Positions 1 to 10,577 of a stretch of 64,000 nt of DNA are shown piece by piece. A program made the position numbers and the translations under genes. Below the pieces are notes generated by a model. It was not told where the DNA came from and searched no databases. It saw nothing but the letters and a program-made list of their open reading frames with translations. This DNA is from Opitutales bacterium. GTDB taxonomy: Bacteria > Verrucomicrobiota > Verrucomicrobiia > Opitutales > Opitutaceae. The stretch is taken from the NCBI GenBank assembly GCA_038206205.1, contig JBBRBC010000012.1:2518-66517 (forward strand). Reading direction: 5' to 3'. Positions within the stretch are counted from its first letter, which is position 1; each line of letters starts with the position of its first letter.

Positions 1-165
1 GGGGCGCGGATTGAAACAAGGCAATTTGATTCTCGTAGGAAAGAGACGCCGCGCATCGCCCGAATCGTCCCCCCCCGTAGCGATTTCAAGAAACGTGAGG
101 CGGGAGGCGCGTTTTGTCTCTTGGTCTTTTAGTCTCTGAGCTCCCTTCAGGTCGCGTGGTGACAC

Positions 166-801
166 TCAGCGCCGTGTGGCAAACGGGGCGATTGTTTCCA
201 GTGCGGGGCGGGGTTTGCGCGGCAGCCAACGCGGGACGGCGCGTTTATAATCTTCGTACATCGCGCCGAATTTATAACCGAGAGCGGATTCCTCGTAGAG
301 TGCAATATAGAGGTGCACCACGCAGACCAGGCAGACGAAGTAGATCGTGAGATCGATCGATCGGAAAAAGAGGGCTTCGCTGCCGACGAGCAGAAAAATG
401 GCCCAAGACATAGGATTACGGACCCAGGCGTACAGACCGCGTTGCACCAGATGTTTGGTTGGAGCGATGGGAGCCGGAGTGCCTCGGGCCTTGGTGGCGA
501 ATAGCCAGACGCAATACAGATAGATCAGTGCGCCGAGGGCGAAACCGAACGCGCTCAATGAGTGAGACCAGCGCCAGATTTCCGGCCACTGGGCGCGGCG
601 CTCAAACCAGTAAAACGGCACCCAGCCGGCGATGAGGCCGGGCACGAGCAGGATAAACAGGAGATTTTTTAGAAAGAGGATCACGCTCGGTGGTGTGACG
701 ATTTGGGCCGGTGTCACCCAAAGCGGGAAGGTGGCGGCGTGCAAGCGTCCGTTCGATCCGGTGGCGGTGCGGGGCCCGTGCCCCGGGGAGCACAAACTCA
801 C
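166..801 (-). CDS. ICMT / phospholipid methyltransferase-family integral membrane protein
   Basis: Multi-TM ORF. The C-terminal half (RGLYAWVRNPMSWAIFLL ... YEESALGYKFGAMYEDYKRAVPRW) fits the isoprenylcysteine carboxyl methyltransferase/PEMT signature. The ORF-track start at 801 is GTG and overlaps a repeat hairpin, so the true start is probably an internal GTG (717 or 684). Confidence 0.7.
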   Translation of the reverse strand: MSLCSPGHGPRTATGSNGRLHAATFPLWVTPAQIVTPPSVILFLKNLLFILLVPGLIAGWVPFYWFERRAQWPEIWRWSHSLSAFGFALGALIYLYCVWLFATKARGTPAPIAPTKHLVQRGLYAWVRNPMSWAIFLLVGSEALFFRSIDLTIYFVCLVCVVHLYIALYEESALGYKFGAMYEDYKRAVPRWLPRKPRPALETIAPFATRR

Positions 802-817
802 GGGTCGGGAGACCCGT

Positions 818-926
818 ACCCAAAACGTGCGCCGAAAAATCTTAGCCGGGATTTTTCAGTGGGTGGGTGTCGGTTTCCACACCGACACTCTGTCGCCGAG
901 GTGGAAATCGGCGACCCCCTTTCCAG
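818..926 (+). repeat. Structured intergenic repeat family R2, short form, copy 1
   Basis: Hairpin GTCGGTTTCCACACCGAC (869-886) followed by GTCGCCG-aggtggaaat-CGGCGAC. Alignable with 42061-42215, 43364-43500 and the reverse complement of 46935-47085. Confidence 0.8.
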
Positions 927-927
927 C

Positions 928-1983
928 TCAGTTGCCGGTCGGAAGCTCGAACCAAAAAATTGAACCGCCTTCAGGAGGAAATTCGGCGCCGACTTTGCCG
1001 CCTTGCAATTCGATCAGCTGCTTGACGATCGACAGGCCGAGCCCGGTGCTCTCTTCGCCGCCGGTGGGGCGAACGGAAAGTTTGGCGTATTCGGTGAAGA
1101 GGCTGGGGCGCTCTGCGGCGGGCACGCCTGGTCCGTCGTCTTGCACTTCGAGGCGGACGAATTTTCCGGCGGTGCTGGTCCGCACGAGAATCCGCTGGCC
1201 AGAGGAAAGGAATTTCACGGCATTGCTGACGTAATTGGTCAGCGCCTGATAGGCATGGCCGGCTTCCGTGCTGACGACGGGGAGGGTTTCGGCGGCTTGG
1301 AGGCTGAGACTGATGTTTTTGTTTTGGGCGGCGGGCTCGTTCTGGGCGACGACGGCTTGGGCCAGCACGTTTAGGTTTACGCGGCTGATGCCGGGTTTTT
1401 GCACATTGAGAAAAGTATCGATGATGCTCTGCATCTGTCGGGCGGAAAAATCGATATTTTCCAATTGCTCGGTGATCGCGGGTGGGGCGCCTTTACGGCG
1501 GGCTTGCGCTCCGGCCATTAAAATCAGGCAGAGTGGATTGCGCAGATCGTGGGCGGCGATGCGCATGAATTTTTGTTTGAGCGCCAATTCTTTTTCCAAT
1601 TCGCGCCGGAGCTGGCAGAGCGTGAGGTGGGTGTTGATGCGGGCGAGGGCTTCGGCGTGCTGGATGGGCTTGGTGATGTAGTCGACCGCGCCGGAGTTGA
1701 ACGCGCGCACTTTTTCCGAGGTGTCGGCGAGCGCGGTCATGAAGATCACCGGAATATCCCGGGTTTCAGCGGAGGCTTTGAAGCGGCGGCAGGTCTCGAA
1801 CCCGTCGATGCCAGGCATCATGACATCCAATAAAATCAGACTGGGTCGCGCGAGTTTGGTTTGAGAGAGGGCTTCTTCGCCATCTTCTGCGACCATCAGG
1901 GCGTAGCCGGCGGTAGATAGACATTCAGCCAGCACACTGAGGTTGGCGGGGGTATCATCGACGATCAAAATGGTGTCGGGCAT
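928..1983 (-). CDS. Hybrid response regulator / histidine kinase (REC-HisKA-HATPase)
   Basis: N-terminal receiver (ILIVDDTPANL ... DVMMPGIDG), H-box AAHDLRNPL, ATPase G-box GLGLSIVKQL. Its start lies 2 nt after the stop of the upstream kinase, so they likely form an operon. Confidence 0.85.
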   Translation of the reverse strand: MPDTILIVDDTPANLSVLAECLSTAGYALMVAEDGEEALSQTKLARPSLILLDVMMPGIDGFETCRRFKASAETRDIPVIFMTALADTSEKVRAFNSGAVDYITKPIQHAEALARINTHLTLCQLRRELEKELALKQKFMRIAAHDLRNPLCLILMAGAQARRKGAPPAITEQLENIDFSARQMQSIIDTFLNVQKPGISRVNLNVLAQAVVAQNEPAAQNKNISLSLQAAETLPVVSTEAGHAYQALTNYVSNAVKFLSSGQRILVRTSTAGKFVRLEVQDDGPGVPAAERPSLFTEYAKLSVRPTGGEESTGLGLSIVKQLIELQGGKVGAEFPPEGGSIFWFELPTGN

Positions 1984-1985
1984 GG

Positions 1986-4900
1986 TCAGTTCGAGGAAGG
2001 TGGCGTGCGATAGCGGGTCACGTAAATGCGGATCGCTTTCATGCGAAAGTGCGTGGCTAGTTCGATAATGTGGTCGGCGAAGTCGGCGTGTTCGGGCAGA
2101 CGGTGGGCGAGGTCTTGCGCATAGGCGCGGACCCCCAGCACATCGCCTTTGGTGGCCAAGTCAAAGATGGCATTGGCTTCCTCCACGGCCGGCGCATTGC
2201 GGAGAATCGGAAACGGATCCCGGGATTCCCCCCCATTTGCGCGTGCACTTGTTCGCCAGGTAATGCCGAGGTGGCGTTCGAGCAGTGTGAAAAGATCTTC
2301 TTCGAAAAATGGCTTGGAGAGAAACGCGGCGCAGCCGGCGGCGAGGGCTGCTTGTTGCGGACCTTCGAGTGTGCTGGCGGAAACGGCGATGATGCAGGGC
2401 GGGCGCGTCTGATAATGGCGGAGGATCGCTTGCGCGGCAGCCATGCCATCGAGACGGGGCATGCGCAGATCCATCAACACGATATCCGGGCGCTGTTTTC
2501 GCGCCAGATCGACGGCTTCCTGTCCATCGTGTGCCGCGAGTATTTCAAAGCCGAGGGGTTGTAGCAGGTCGATTAACACGGTGCGGTTCGGCGCATGATC
2601 ATCGGCGACGAGCACGTGGAGTCTGGGGCCTTCATAACCGATGACGCGACGGGTGACGTTGGGGGTGCGGTTGGCCAGCACGTCGCCGAGTACTTCCGGC
2701 AGGGAGATTTCAAACCAGAACCGTGCGCCCCAACCCAAGCGACTTTCTACGCGTAAGGTGCCGCCCATTTGGTCGACGATATTGCGACTGACGTTTAACC
2801 CGAGACCGGTGCCACCGGCGTGCTGGCTTTGTGCACCGACTTGGGAAAAAGGCTCGAAGAGCCGGGCTTGGTCTTCCGCCGAAATGCCCGGCCCCGTGTC
2901 GCTGATGGAGAAAAGAAACAAGTCGCCGGAGCGTTCGACCGTGAAAATCACCGCTCCTTGCAGGGTAAATTTCATGGCATTGCCCAACAAATTGAAAAGC
3001 ACCTGACGGAGACGTTGGGAGTCGCCCCAAACGATGCGGGGGAGGTCGGGCGCGATTGAGCTTTCGAGGCGCAGGTTCTTTTCCCGGGCCCGGGGCGAGA
3101 AAAACTCCACGGCGGCGTGCGCAAACTCCGGGAGGTTGAATTCCACGGCATGGAGTTCGAGTTTGCCGGCCTCGATTTTAGCGAGATCGAGCACATCATT
3201 GATCAAGGCTAGCAGATGCTCGGCGGATTGATGAATGACCTCCACGCCATCGCGCTGTTTCGCGCTCAGCGTCTGGTCGCGATCCAGAATTTGGGTGTAG
3301 CCCAAGATGCCATTGAGCGGGGTCCGCAATTCATGGCTCATGCTCGCGAGGAATTGCGATTTGGCGCGGTTGGCGGCATCCGCCACCTCCTTGGCCTGAT
3401 GCAGCGCCTGCGCGACTTCGCGTTTACTGGTGATGTCGGCCATGACGCCTTCGAAGTGCTGCAGGCTGCCATTGGCGTTGCGGATTACGCGGATGGATTC
3501 GGTTATCCAGGCGCGGGTGCCATCAGGGCGGATGATTTCCGACTCAAAATCGGTAACCACGTCCGAATCGTGGATGAGTTGGAGAAATTGCGTTCGGCGA
3601 TTATGATCGGCGTACCTCTGGTGGCTCGTGTCATGGGCGGCGGTGAGGAGGGTGGCGGGTGAGGCATAACCTAAAATGCGGGCTAGAGCGGGATTCGCGT
3701 GGATGAGCCGACCTTCGAGAGTGGAAACGTACAGTCCTTCCAAAGCGTTTTCGAAAATGCCGCGATATTGTCTTTCGGCCCGTTGCAAGGCTTCATCTGT
3801 TTCACGTCGGTGCACGGCGCTGGCCGCTTGACCGGCCACGAAGGTCAACAGGCGTTTTTCCTCATCACCATAGGCCTTGGCGTCATGGTAATCCTGGATC
3901 GCGATTACTCCGATGGCGCGACCATCAATGAGGAGTGGTACGCCCAGCCACAGAGGGGCGGGTTGATCGGTGAGTGCCGGGACGTGTTCTTTCGGCAAAA
4001 TGGCGATCTCCCCAGCGGTAGTCAGGAGTGGTTGGCCGCTTTGCAGCACGTATTCAACCAGGCCGAAGCCCAGCTTTCGGTCTTCCGGGGCTGGCAGTTT
4101 TTCGTCGACGAAATACGGGAAATGCAGCGTCGTCCCATCGGCACTGAGCAGGGCGACCGAAAAATTCTTCGCCGACATCAATTCCCCGATTGTCCGGTGA
4201 AGTTCCGCAAAGAGCACGGGCAATTCGGCGTCGGTCAGCAGGACTTGGGAAATTTGGTAGGTGGCGTCTTGCACTTGTTCCCGCCGGCGCCGCTCAGTTA
4301 TATTCATCCCGATGGTTAGCATGCAGGGAATGCCATTCACCTCGATGACCTCGGCACTGAGGAGCAGATGCAGGAAGGCTTTCATCTTGGTATGAAACCG
4401 TCCTTCGAAGTCTCGTACCCGGCCATTACGATGCATCAGGCTGATAAACCGGTCCCGTTGGAAAGTATCGGCCCACAGGCCTATTTCCAAGGTGCTGCGA
4501 CCGATGACTTCGGCACGGCTATAACCCGAATTGCTGACAAAGGCGGCATTGACTTCGATGATTTTCCCGTTGTCGAGCCGAGCCACAATCGCGACTACCG
4601 GGATGGTTTGCAATGACTTGGCGAAATACTCCTGGGATTCACGCTGACGGATTTCACTTTGTAGCCGCCGTACAGCGGCTACGGCTTGATCGGCGACGAA
4701 CAGGAGCAGGCGTTTTTCATCCTCACCATAGGCCTGTGGATTCTGGTAATCCATGACGGCGATCACGCCGATAGCCCGACCATCAAGGAGTAAAGGCACC
4801 GCGAGACTGGCAGCGGCCGGTATGGTCGTGGGATTGAATGAACCGGTACGCCCAAGAATATTACTCATCTCCTCGCTCCGCGCCAGCAAGGGCTGCCCAG

Positions 4901-5570
4901 TACTGAGCACGTGTTCGATGAGGCCATTGCCCAACTGATGGGGTGCTGGAGAAGAAACGGTTTCGTCGGCAAAAAACGGATAATGGATCAAGCCGCTTTC
5001 ACCACTTTGCATGGCCACCTGGAAATTACGCGCCGCCATCAGGCGATTCAGGATGTCTTGCACTTCGGAAAACATCACCTCGCGTTCCCCTCCCGTTAAT
5101 AAAATCCGCGATATCTGGAAAGTCGCCTCCTGTAATTGTTCTCTGCGCCGGCGTTCCGACAGATCGAATGCGGTCAACAGCAGGCAAGAGGCACCAGCAT
5201 GCGTAATAATATTAGCATTGAGCAGAACGTACCGGGGTTCACGTTTTTTAGTGAAGAAAACCGCTTCTAAATCACGGACTTGGCCGCCTTGTTGAAGCCG
5301 TTGAAACAGGTCGGCACGTTGTACCGGATCTTTCCAAATACCAAGTTCAAGCGAAGTCCGACCAAGCACTTCTACACGGGCAAAACCTGAGGCTTGCAGA
5401 AAAGCATCGTTGATTTCGAGAAAAACACCGTCCGGCAGCCGGCTGATCATGAGCATGGCCGGGCTGGCATGAAAAGCTTGAGCAAAATAATCCGGCGTGC
5501 CGCCCAAGCTTATTGCCGGACATGGGTTGTGTGCGTTGTTCGAAGCCAAGTTGCGGGGAGAATCAGGCAT
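1986..5570 (-). CDS. Multi-sensor hybrid histidine kinase (PAS/GAF repeats, HisKA, HATPase, REC, HPt-like C-terminus)
   Basis: 1194 aa. Two internally repeated PAS-then-GAF-like units (ERRRREQxQxATxQIS recurs), a third PAS, H-box [15 protein letters not shown]-boxes DTGPGI/GTGLGL, and a receiver ([10 protein letters not shown] ... DLRMPRLDG). Confidence 0.9.
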   Translation of the reverse strand: MPDSPRNLASNNAHNPCPAISLGGTPDYFAQAFHASPAMLMISRLPDGVFLEINDAFLQASGFARVEVLGRTSLELGIWKDPVQRADLFQRLQQGGQVRDLEAVFFTKKREPRYVLLNANIITHAGASCLLLTAFDLSERRRREQLQEATFQISRILLTGGEREVMFSEVQDILNRLMAARNFQVAMQSGESGLIHYPFFADETVSSPAPHQLGNGLIEHVLSTGQPLLARSEEMSNILGRTGSFNPTTIPAAASLAVPLLLDGRAIGVIAVMDYQNPQAYGEDEKRLLLFVADQAVAAVRRLQSEIRQRESQEYFAKSLQTIPVVAIVARLDNGKIIEVNAAFVSNSGYSRAEVIGRSTLEIGLWADTFQRDRFISLMHRNGRVRDFEGRFHTKMKAFLHLLLSAEVIEVNGIPCMLTIGMNITERRRREQVQDATYQISQVLLTDAELPVLFAELHRTIGELMSAKNFSVALLSADGTTLHFPYFVDEKLPAPEDRKLGFGLVEYVLQSGQPLLTTAGEIAILPKEHVPALTDQPAPLWLGVPLLIDGRAIGVIAIQDYHDAKAYGDEEKRLLTFVAGQAASAVHRRETDEALQRAERQYRGIFENALEGLYVSTLEGRLIHANPALARILGYASPATLLTAAHDTSHQRYADHNRRTQFLQLIHDSDVVTDFESEIIRPDGTRAWITESIRVIRNANGSLQHFEGVMADITSKREVAQALHQAKEVADAANRAKSQFLASMSHELRTPLNGILGYTQILDRDQTLSAKQRDGVEVIHQSAEHLLALINDVLDLAKIEAGKLELHAVEFNLPEFAHAAVEFFSPRAREKNLRLESSIAPDLPRIVWGDSQRLRQVLFNLLGNAMKFTLQGAVIFTVERSGDLFLFSISDTGPGISAEDQARLFEPFSQVGAQSQHAGGTGLGLNVSRNIVDQMGGTLRVESRLGWGARFWFEISLPEVLGDVLANRTPNVTRRVIGYEGPRLHVLVADDHAPNRTVLIDLLQPLGFEILAAHDGQEAVDLARKQRPDIVLMDLRMPRLDGMAAAQAILRHYQTRPPCIIAVSASTLEGPQQAALAAGCAAFLSKPFFEEDLFTLLERHLGITWRTSARANGGESRDPFPILRNAPAVEEANAIFDLATKGDVLGVRAYAQDLAHRLPEHADFADHIIELATHFRMKAIRIYVTRYRTPPSSN

Positions 5571-5736
5571 TTCAGGGGGGAAGCTAACTGCTATCGAAAA
5601 GAGAAATAGGGCGCAGGCAACGGCAGAGTATGCCGACCTACGCCCTATTCATTATCCCCCCCCCCTACCAGAGGCCACAGAGCAGCCTCCGGCAAAAAAA
5701 ATGATATCCTGATTTTATGGTCCGGGGAAAATCATC

Positions 5737-6174
5737 TCACGCCACAGCACGATTGTGTCGGGCCAAGCCGTCGCGCGCCCCGGTCTTGATCGTTTCAGCC
5801 AGCAGCCAGTACGCCTTGGCCCAAGCCTCGCGGGTTTCCTCCGTGAACTCGTTTCTGAGGCATCGGTTTAGAGTCCAAAGCAGGGCTTCGCAGAAAATAT
5901 CATATTGTTCATCGGTGAGATGATAATCCAAATGTCGCAGCCCCATTTGGCGAAGAACGGGCAGAATGACATCGATCTGCTCGAGACTGAAAACGATGAA
6001 GCCGACACTTTGCATCATGTTGCTGCCTTGCGCGGCAATATCACCGCAGAAAGTCGTCCGCAGGGAGGGATCGAGCTCGAAAAGCCGGGCATAGAAAATC
6101 ACTCCGGCATGATCAGCAATTGGGCTGATCTGGCGGAAGGAATTCTTAATCAGAGTAATTTCGCGGGGAGTCAC
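5737..6174 (-). CDS. Single-domain sensor-type globin (haem-binding globin family protein)
   Basis: 145 aa. The pattern IKNSFRQISPIADHAGVIFYARLFELDPSLRTTF ... GLRHLDY ... EAWAKAYWLLA is the bacterial stand-alone globin fold, with a candidate proximal His in LRHLDY. Confidence 0.75.
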   Translation of the reverse strand: MTPREITLIKNSFRQISPIADHAGVIFYARLFELDPSLRTTFCGDIAAQGSNMMQSVGFIVFSLEQIDVILPVLRQMGLRHLDYHLTDEQYDIFCEALLWTLNRCLRNEFTEETREAWAKAYWLLAETIKTGARDGLARHNRAVA

Positions 6175-6513
6175 AAGGGGATGGGTTGAAGCGTCGATGG
6201 TCTGTCCGGATTGAAACTATGCCATAAATTGTGACTTTTTGATATTGACCGGTGGGCGTTAGCCGAACGGCTAACGTGCGGCCACCAAATTTGGGGTGGT
6301 TCACTTAGCGATGCAGTCGAAATTCTGGCCCACTCTGGATTCTCGAAACGAGAAGGTGGGTCCCGGCCACTGGACGGATTTGCTTGAGTCTTAGAGGGGA
6401 AAACCCACCCGGAGGTCGGGCTCCACCTTGGGCAACTGCATCATCCCGGATCAGGCGGGCTTGAAGTACAGGGTGGGCTTTACATCCCGATAATCACGGG
6501 TCAGCTTCCCGGC

Positions 6514-7140
6514 GTGGAAAAAATTCTGGTGATCGACGACGAATCTCGCATGCGCAAGCTAGTGGTTGAAGCCCTAGCCGTGGAAGGCTACGTCATGGTG
6601 GAGGCGAATAATGGCCGAGAGGGCGTGGCTCTGGCCGGCCGGGAATCACCTGATCTGATCGTGTGCGATATCACGATGCCGGAAATGAACGGTCATCGCG
6701 TCTTGCAGACGCTGCGCGATCAGCCTGCCACCGCGCAAATTCCGTTTATCTTTCTGACCGGGTGGAGCGAACGCGATGATGTCCGCGCCGGGATGAATCT
6801 GGGAGCCGACGATTATTTGGTGAAACCGGTTGATCCCGCCGAGTTGCTCGCGGCGGTCCGCTCACGACTGCAGCGGCGCAAACAGACGGCCGGTCCCGCG
6901 AATAACCAACCCAAGGCAGAGGCGACGCCTGCAGCGTTGGCCATCGCGCTTGACCTCACGGCGCGGGAAGCGGAAATCCTTTACTGGGTGGTGCAGGGCA
7001 AAACAAATCCGGAAATCGGTATTATTCTCAGTATCCAGCTCACGACGGTGAAAAAGCATTTGGAAAGCATTTATGCAAAGCTGGGCGTCGAGAACCGCAC
7101 GTCTGCCGTCACCACGGCGCTGGAAAAACTGGGTCGGTAA
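6514..7140 (+). CDS. LuxR/NarL-family response regulator (REC + HTH_LuxR)
   Basis: Receiver motifs (ILVIDDESRMR, DITMPEMNG, K in LVKP) and a C-terminal LuxR HTH (LTAREAEILYWVVQGKTNPEIGIILSIQLTTVKKHLESIYAKLGV). GTG start. Confidence 0.9.
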   Translation: MEKILVIDDESRMRKLVVEALAVEGYVMVEANNGREGVALAGRESPDLIVCDITMPEMNGHRVLQTLRDQPATAQIPFIFLTGWSERDDVRAGMNLGADDYLVKPVDPAELLAAVRSRLQRRKQTAGPANNQPKAEATPAALAIALDLTAREAEILYWVVQGKTNPEIGIILSIQLTTVKKHLESIYAKLGVENRTSAVTTALEKLGR

Positions 7141-7292
7141 ATATACTCCGTTTGTTGACCTGAATCTAATCTGCGCTTTCCCACCTTGATCATTCGGATG
7201 TCCGATTGCGGTTTACCGCAGTAAAAGACCAGATGAGAGGCTTGCCCCTGAAAACGAGCCGTTAGATTTGACCCATTAACGGACGGGTGTGA

Positions 7293-8214
7293 TTAATTCC
7301 GTGTCTGGGCGAGATCGGTCCAGTAGGCGGGCCAGCCGCCGTTTGCGCGGACGGCGCGGGCGTGGGTGATGGCTTCGGAGTTGGCGCGCAGCCACGCTCC
7401 GCCGGCGATTTTGAGGCGGTGCTGGAGGACGTGCCGCTGGCCGCTTTCAATCAGCCCGGAGCCGAGCGGCAGGTCGCGCGCGAGCGCGCGCGGGTAGCCG
7501 AGTTGATCGCGGCGATTATCCAAGCAGCGGTGCGCGGCGCACACGGGGGCGGCGGGGGTGGCGGCGGGTTCGAGCCGGGTGGCGAGTTCGGCGAGAACGG
7601 CGGCGTGCTCGCCGGCGCAGAGCCGCGTTTTCTGCCGGGCGAGATAGTCGGGTTGGTCCGGCGGGGCGGCGGCGGCGAGGTATTCGCTGACGTGGAATAG
7701 ATCGAGGAGGAAATAGCCTCGGGTGCCGAAGCACTGTTTGGTCAGGCGGGCGATCCACTCGGCACCGTCGCCCACGGCGTGAATCGCGCTCGGGCTGGCC
7801 CAGCCGGCTTGCCGGGCGGTGTGTTCCCCTTGGGCGGCCACCTCGCCGAGGTCGCCGCAGCTCACGCCGTAGTAGGTCTGGGTTTGGCCGACGGCTTGGA
7901 CCGCGCACAGCCGGATTTCCCGCCAGACCACCTTACGGCGTTTGCGCCAGACCCAAGGCTCGCAACGGCTTCACTAGGCTCTCCTCCGCTGCGTCGATCG
8001 TGCCCGGGGCTTCGCCGCCCGCGCGCACCACCGCCAGCACCGCCTCCACTTGCCCGGCCAGCGCCGGGTGGGCGCGCAGCACTTCAATCAACTTCGTCTC
8101 CTCTTTACTCAGGGTTATTGATTTCATGCTCTCAGCCCAAACCTGCTTTTCGGAAAAATTGATCGGAATCCACTCCCACCACTTTGGCCCAGATAGAATC
8201 ACCCCCGCCATCAA
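7293..8214 (-). pseudogene. ISKra4-like transposase remnant (N-terminal 93-aa and C-terminal 212-aa pieces, middle missing)
   Basis: The C-terminal piece carries GDGAEWI, LLDLFHVSEYL and LPLGSGLIESGQRHVLQHRLKIAGGAWL ... RANGGW, the ISKra4-type DDE transposase tail as I remember it. The N-terminal piece (7933-8214) ends in AEESLVKPLRALG. The two ORFs abut with a stop between them, and the total length is far below a full transposase. Confidence 0.55.
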
Positions 8215-8365
8215 CAGTCAGCCCTTCATGGTCCGGAAATAATTATTTCTTCATTATTACTGCCACACCTCTTCGCCAGATTGGTCAATGCCTTTACCGG
8301 CTGAACGCTTCCGCGCACTGCCGCTGCCTAACGTCGCTATTTCACCTCAACCCTCCCTTCATTCT

Positions 8366-8833
8366 ATGAACATCAAATCCAGTCTCTCCTCCGCCCGGTT
8401 TATTCCCGTGGCTTTGCTCGCTGTCGGTCTCTCCGCCCTCGCCCTTTCCGGCTGCTCCAAATCGGAGAGCGAAAAGGTCGGCGATAAAGCCAAAGACGCC
8501 TATCAGGACACCAAGACCGCCGTCGCCAATGCTTGGGGCGACGTCAAATCCTACACCTTCGAGAAACGCTCTGATTTCAGCGCGAGCGCCAAGGCCCTCA
8601 GGGCCAAGATGGATTCCCAAATGAGCGAACTGCACGCCAACTATTCCGAAGCCAAAGCCAGCGCCAGCCGCAAGGCCGCCATGGCCGAACTGAAGGATGC
8701 CGACGCCGACTACAAGGCGAAGCTCGATGCCCTCGGCAGCGCCACCGCCGACACGTGGGACAGCGCCAAGCAGAACGTGATTGCCTCGTGGGACAAGCTT
8801 CAGGCCAGCTACTACAAAGCGAAGGCTGAGTGA
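8366..8833 (+). CDS. Lipoprotein, helical/Lys-Ala-rich, unknown function
   Basis: ATG at 8366 gives MNIKSSLSSARFIPVALLAVGLSALALSGC, a signal peptide with an LSGC lipobox. An intrinsic terminator follows. Confidence 0.75.
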   Translation: MNIKSSLSSARFIPVALLAVGLSALALSGCSKSESEKVGDKAKDAYQDTKTAVANAWGDVKSYTFEKRSDFSASAKALRAKMDSQMSELHANYSEAKASASRKAAMAELKDADADYKAKLDALGSATADTWDSAKQNVIASWDKLQASYYKAKAE

Positions 8834-8869
8834 GTTTGGAAGAACCTCGTCGCTCAGGTTTTCTCTCGC

Positions 8870-8898
8870 AGACCGGAATAACTTTCCGGTCTTTTTTG
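8870..8898 (+). terminator. Rho-independent terminator
   Basis: AGACCGGAA-ataac-TTCCGGTCT stem followed by TTTTT. Confidence 0.8.
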
Positions 8899-9099
8899 TG
8901 CGTAAAACCAAGCCCGTCAGGCCCGGCGCTTGGGTTCTCGATAAACGAGGGGACCGAAGGCTTTTTCCCGCGTTGACCGGGCTTGGCGGACGGGTAGTTA
9001 AACCAGTTCCTGTTTAATGAACCGAGTTTATCTCAAAACCTCCCGCCTAGGCCTCGCGACTGCTGCCGCGACTCTTCGACGCGGCAAGGCGGGTGCCTC

Positions 9100-10494
9100 A
9101 TGAATCGTGTTTATATCAAAACCTACGGGTGCCAGATGAACGAGCGCGATAGCGAGGCCGTGGCGGCTTTGCTTCGCGCCCGGGGCTACCGCATGGTGGC
9201 GGATGAAAACGCGTGCGATGTCATGCTCTTGAACACCTGCTCGGTTCGCGATGCGGCCGAACAGAAGGCCATCGGCAAAGCGGCCAACGTTTCCCAGAAA
9301 CGGAAACGCAACCCGCGCTTCATCCTCGGCATCCTCGGCTGCATGGCACAAAACCGCGGGGCGGAACTCCTCGATGCGTTGCCGGATGTGGACTTGATCA
9401 TCGGCACCCAGAAATTCCACCAGGTGCCGGACTATCTCGACAATCTGCGCGCTGCGCAGGAAGCCGGTGCCCCGATCGGCAACACGATCATCGATATCGC
9501 GGAAGAAGCCGGTTCGCAAAACACCATCCGCGACCACGTGCTGGAAGAGCATCAAGTCACCGCTTTCGTTTCCATTCAACAGGGCTGCAACATGGATTGT
9601 GCGTTCTGCATCGTGCCGAAGACGCGCGGCGACGAACGTTCGCGGCCGATGGATGAAATCGTGCGCGAATGCGAGCAGCTCGCCGAACGCGGCGTACGCG
9701 AGATCACGCTCCTCGGCCAGATCGTCACCAGCTACGGCCGGCGTTCTGCTGGCCAGCAGAATGCACACCCCCATAAGTACTCTCCTTTCGTCCATTTACT
9801 GGAACGCGTGAACGCCCTTCCCGGAATCCGCCGCATCCGTTTCACTTCGCCGCATCCACGGGGTTTCAAGGACGACCTGATTCAGGCGTACGGTCGGCTC
9901 GAGAAACTCTGCGAATATGTCCACCTGCCCATGCAGTCGGGCAGCGACCGGATTCTCAAGGCGATGAACCGGCCTTACTCGCGTGATCGCTACAAACAGA
10001 TCGTCGACGACCTCCGCCGCGTGCGGCCCGACATGTATTTTTCCACCGATGTGATCGTCGGTTTTCCCGGTGAGACCGACGAAGATTTCTCGCAGACGCG
10101 CGAGCTGTTCGAAACCTGCAACTACGACATGGCGTACGTTTTCAAGTATTCCATCCGCACCGGCACGCCCGCGGCGACGCTGGAAGACCAGATCCCTGAT
10201 GACGTGAAGGAAGCACGCAACGAAACCCTCCTGAAAATTCTCGCCGCCAATTCCGACCGCCGGAACGCCACGCTACTCGGCACCACCCAGGAAGTGCTGG
10301 TGGAGGGGCCGGACAAGAAAGGCCGTGGTTTCATGGGCCGCACCCGGGGTAATCGCATCGTGCATTTCGAAGCGAACGAACGCCTCGTGGGCGAACTTGT
10401 CCCGGTCAAAATCGAACGCGCCTCGACCGCGGTGTTGTACGGCTCGCTGGTGTTGGCGGGAATCGCGGTAGAAAGTCCAGAGACCAGAGCTTAG
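9100..10494 (+). CDS. miaB: tRNA-i6A37 methylthiotransferase MiaB
   Basis: N-terminal YIKTYGCQMNERDSE, radical-SAM cluster motif CNMDCAFCIVP, C-terminal TRAM-like region, and typical length (464 aa). Confidence 0.93.
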   Translation: MNRVYIKTYGCQMNERDSEAVAALLRARGYRMVADENACDVMLLNTCSVRDAAEQKAIGKAANVSQKRKRNPRFILGILGCMAQNRGAELLDALPDVDLIIGTQKFHQVPDYLDNLRAAQEAGAPIGNTIIDIAEEAGSQNTIRDHVLEEHQVTAFVSIQQGCNMDCAFCIVPKTRGDERSRPMDEIVRECEQLAERGVREITLLGQIVTSYGRRSAGQQNAHPHKYSPFVHLLERVNALPGIRRIRFTSPHPRGFKDDLIQAYGRLEKLCEYVHLPMQSGSDRILKAMNRPYSRDRYKQIVDDLRRVRPDMYFSTDVIVGFPGETDEDFSQTRELFETCNYDMAYVFKYSIRTGTPAATLEDQIPDDVKEARNETLLKILAANSDRRNATLLGTTQEVLVEGPDKKGRGFMGRTRGNRIVHFEANERLVGELVPVKIERASTAVLYGSLVLAGIAVESPETRA

Positions 10495-10505
10495 AGTCCA
10501 GAGAC
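10471..10505 (+). repeat. Heptanucleotide-periodic array (CAGAGNC-type, about 5 units)
   Basis: GAAAGTC CAGAGAC CAGAGCT TAGAGTC CAGAGAC. It spans the miaB stop codon (10492-10494). Confidence 0.8.
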
Positions 10506-10542
10506 TAAACCGAACAATTCCGCTCCTGATCACTCCGCCTTT

Positions 10543-10577
10543 GACTCTCAGCTCTCAGCCCTAAACTCTCAATTTTT
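10543..10577 (+). repeat. Heptanucleotide-periodic array (NNCTCTC-type) abutting a start codon
   Basis: GACTCTC AGCTCTC AGCCCTA AACTCTC AATTTTT, then CCG-ATG (10581). Close relative of the array upstream of the SIS gene (37386-37427, minus strand). Confidence 0.8.

Noticed and set aside
66-94. Second, degenerate CRISPR repeat (…GTAGCGATTTCAAGAAAC)
   Set aside because: The spacing to the repeat-like end at base 17 is 77 nt, too long for the 65-67 nt I would expect for a 32-nt repeat plus a 33-35-nt spacer (figures from memory), and the similarity is limited to the last few bases.
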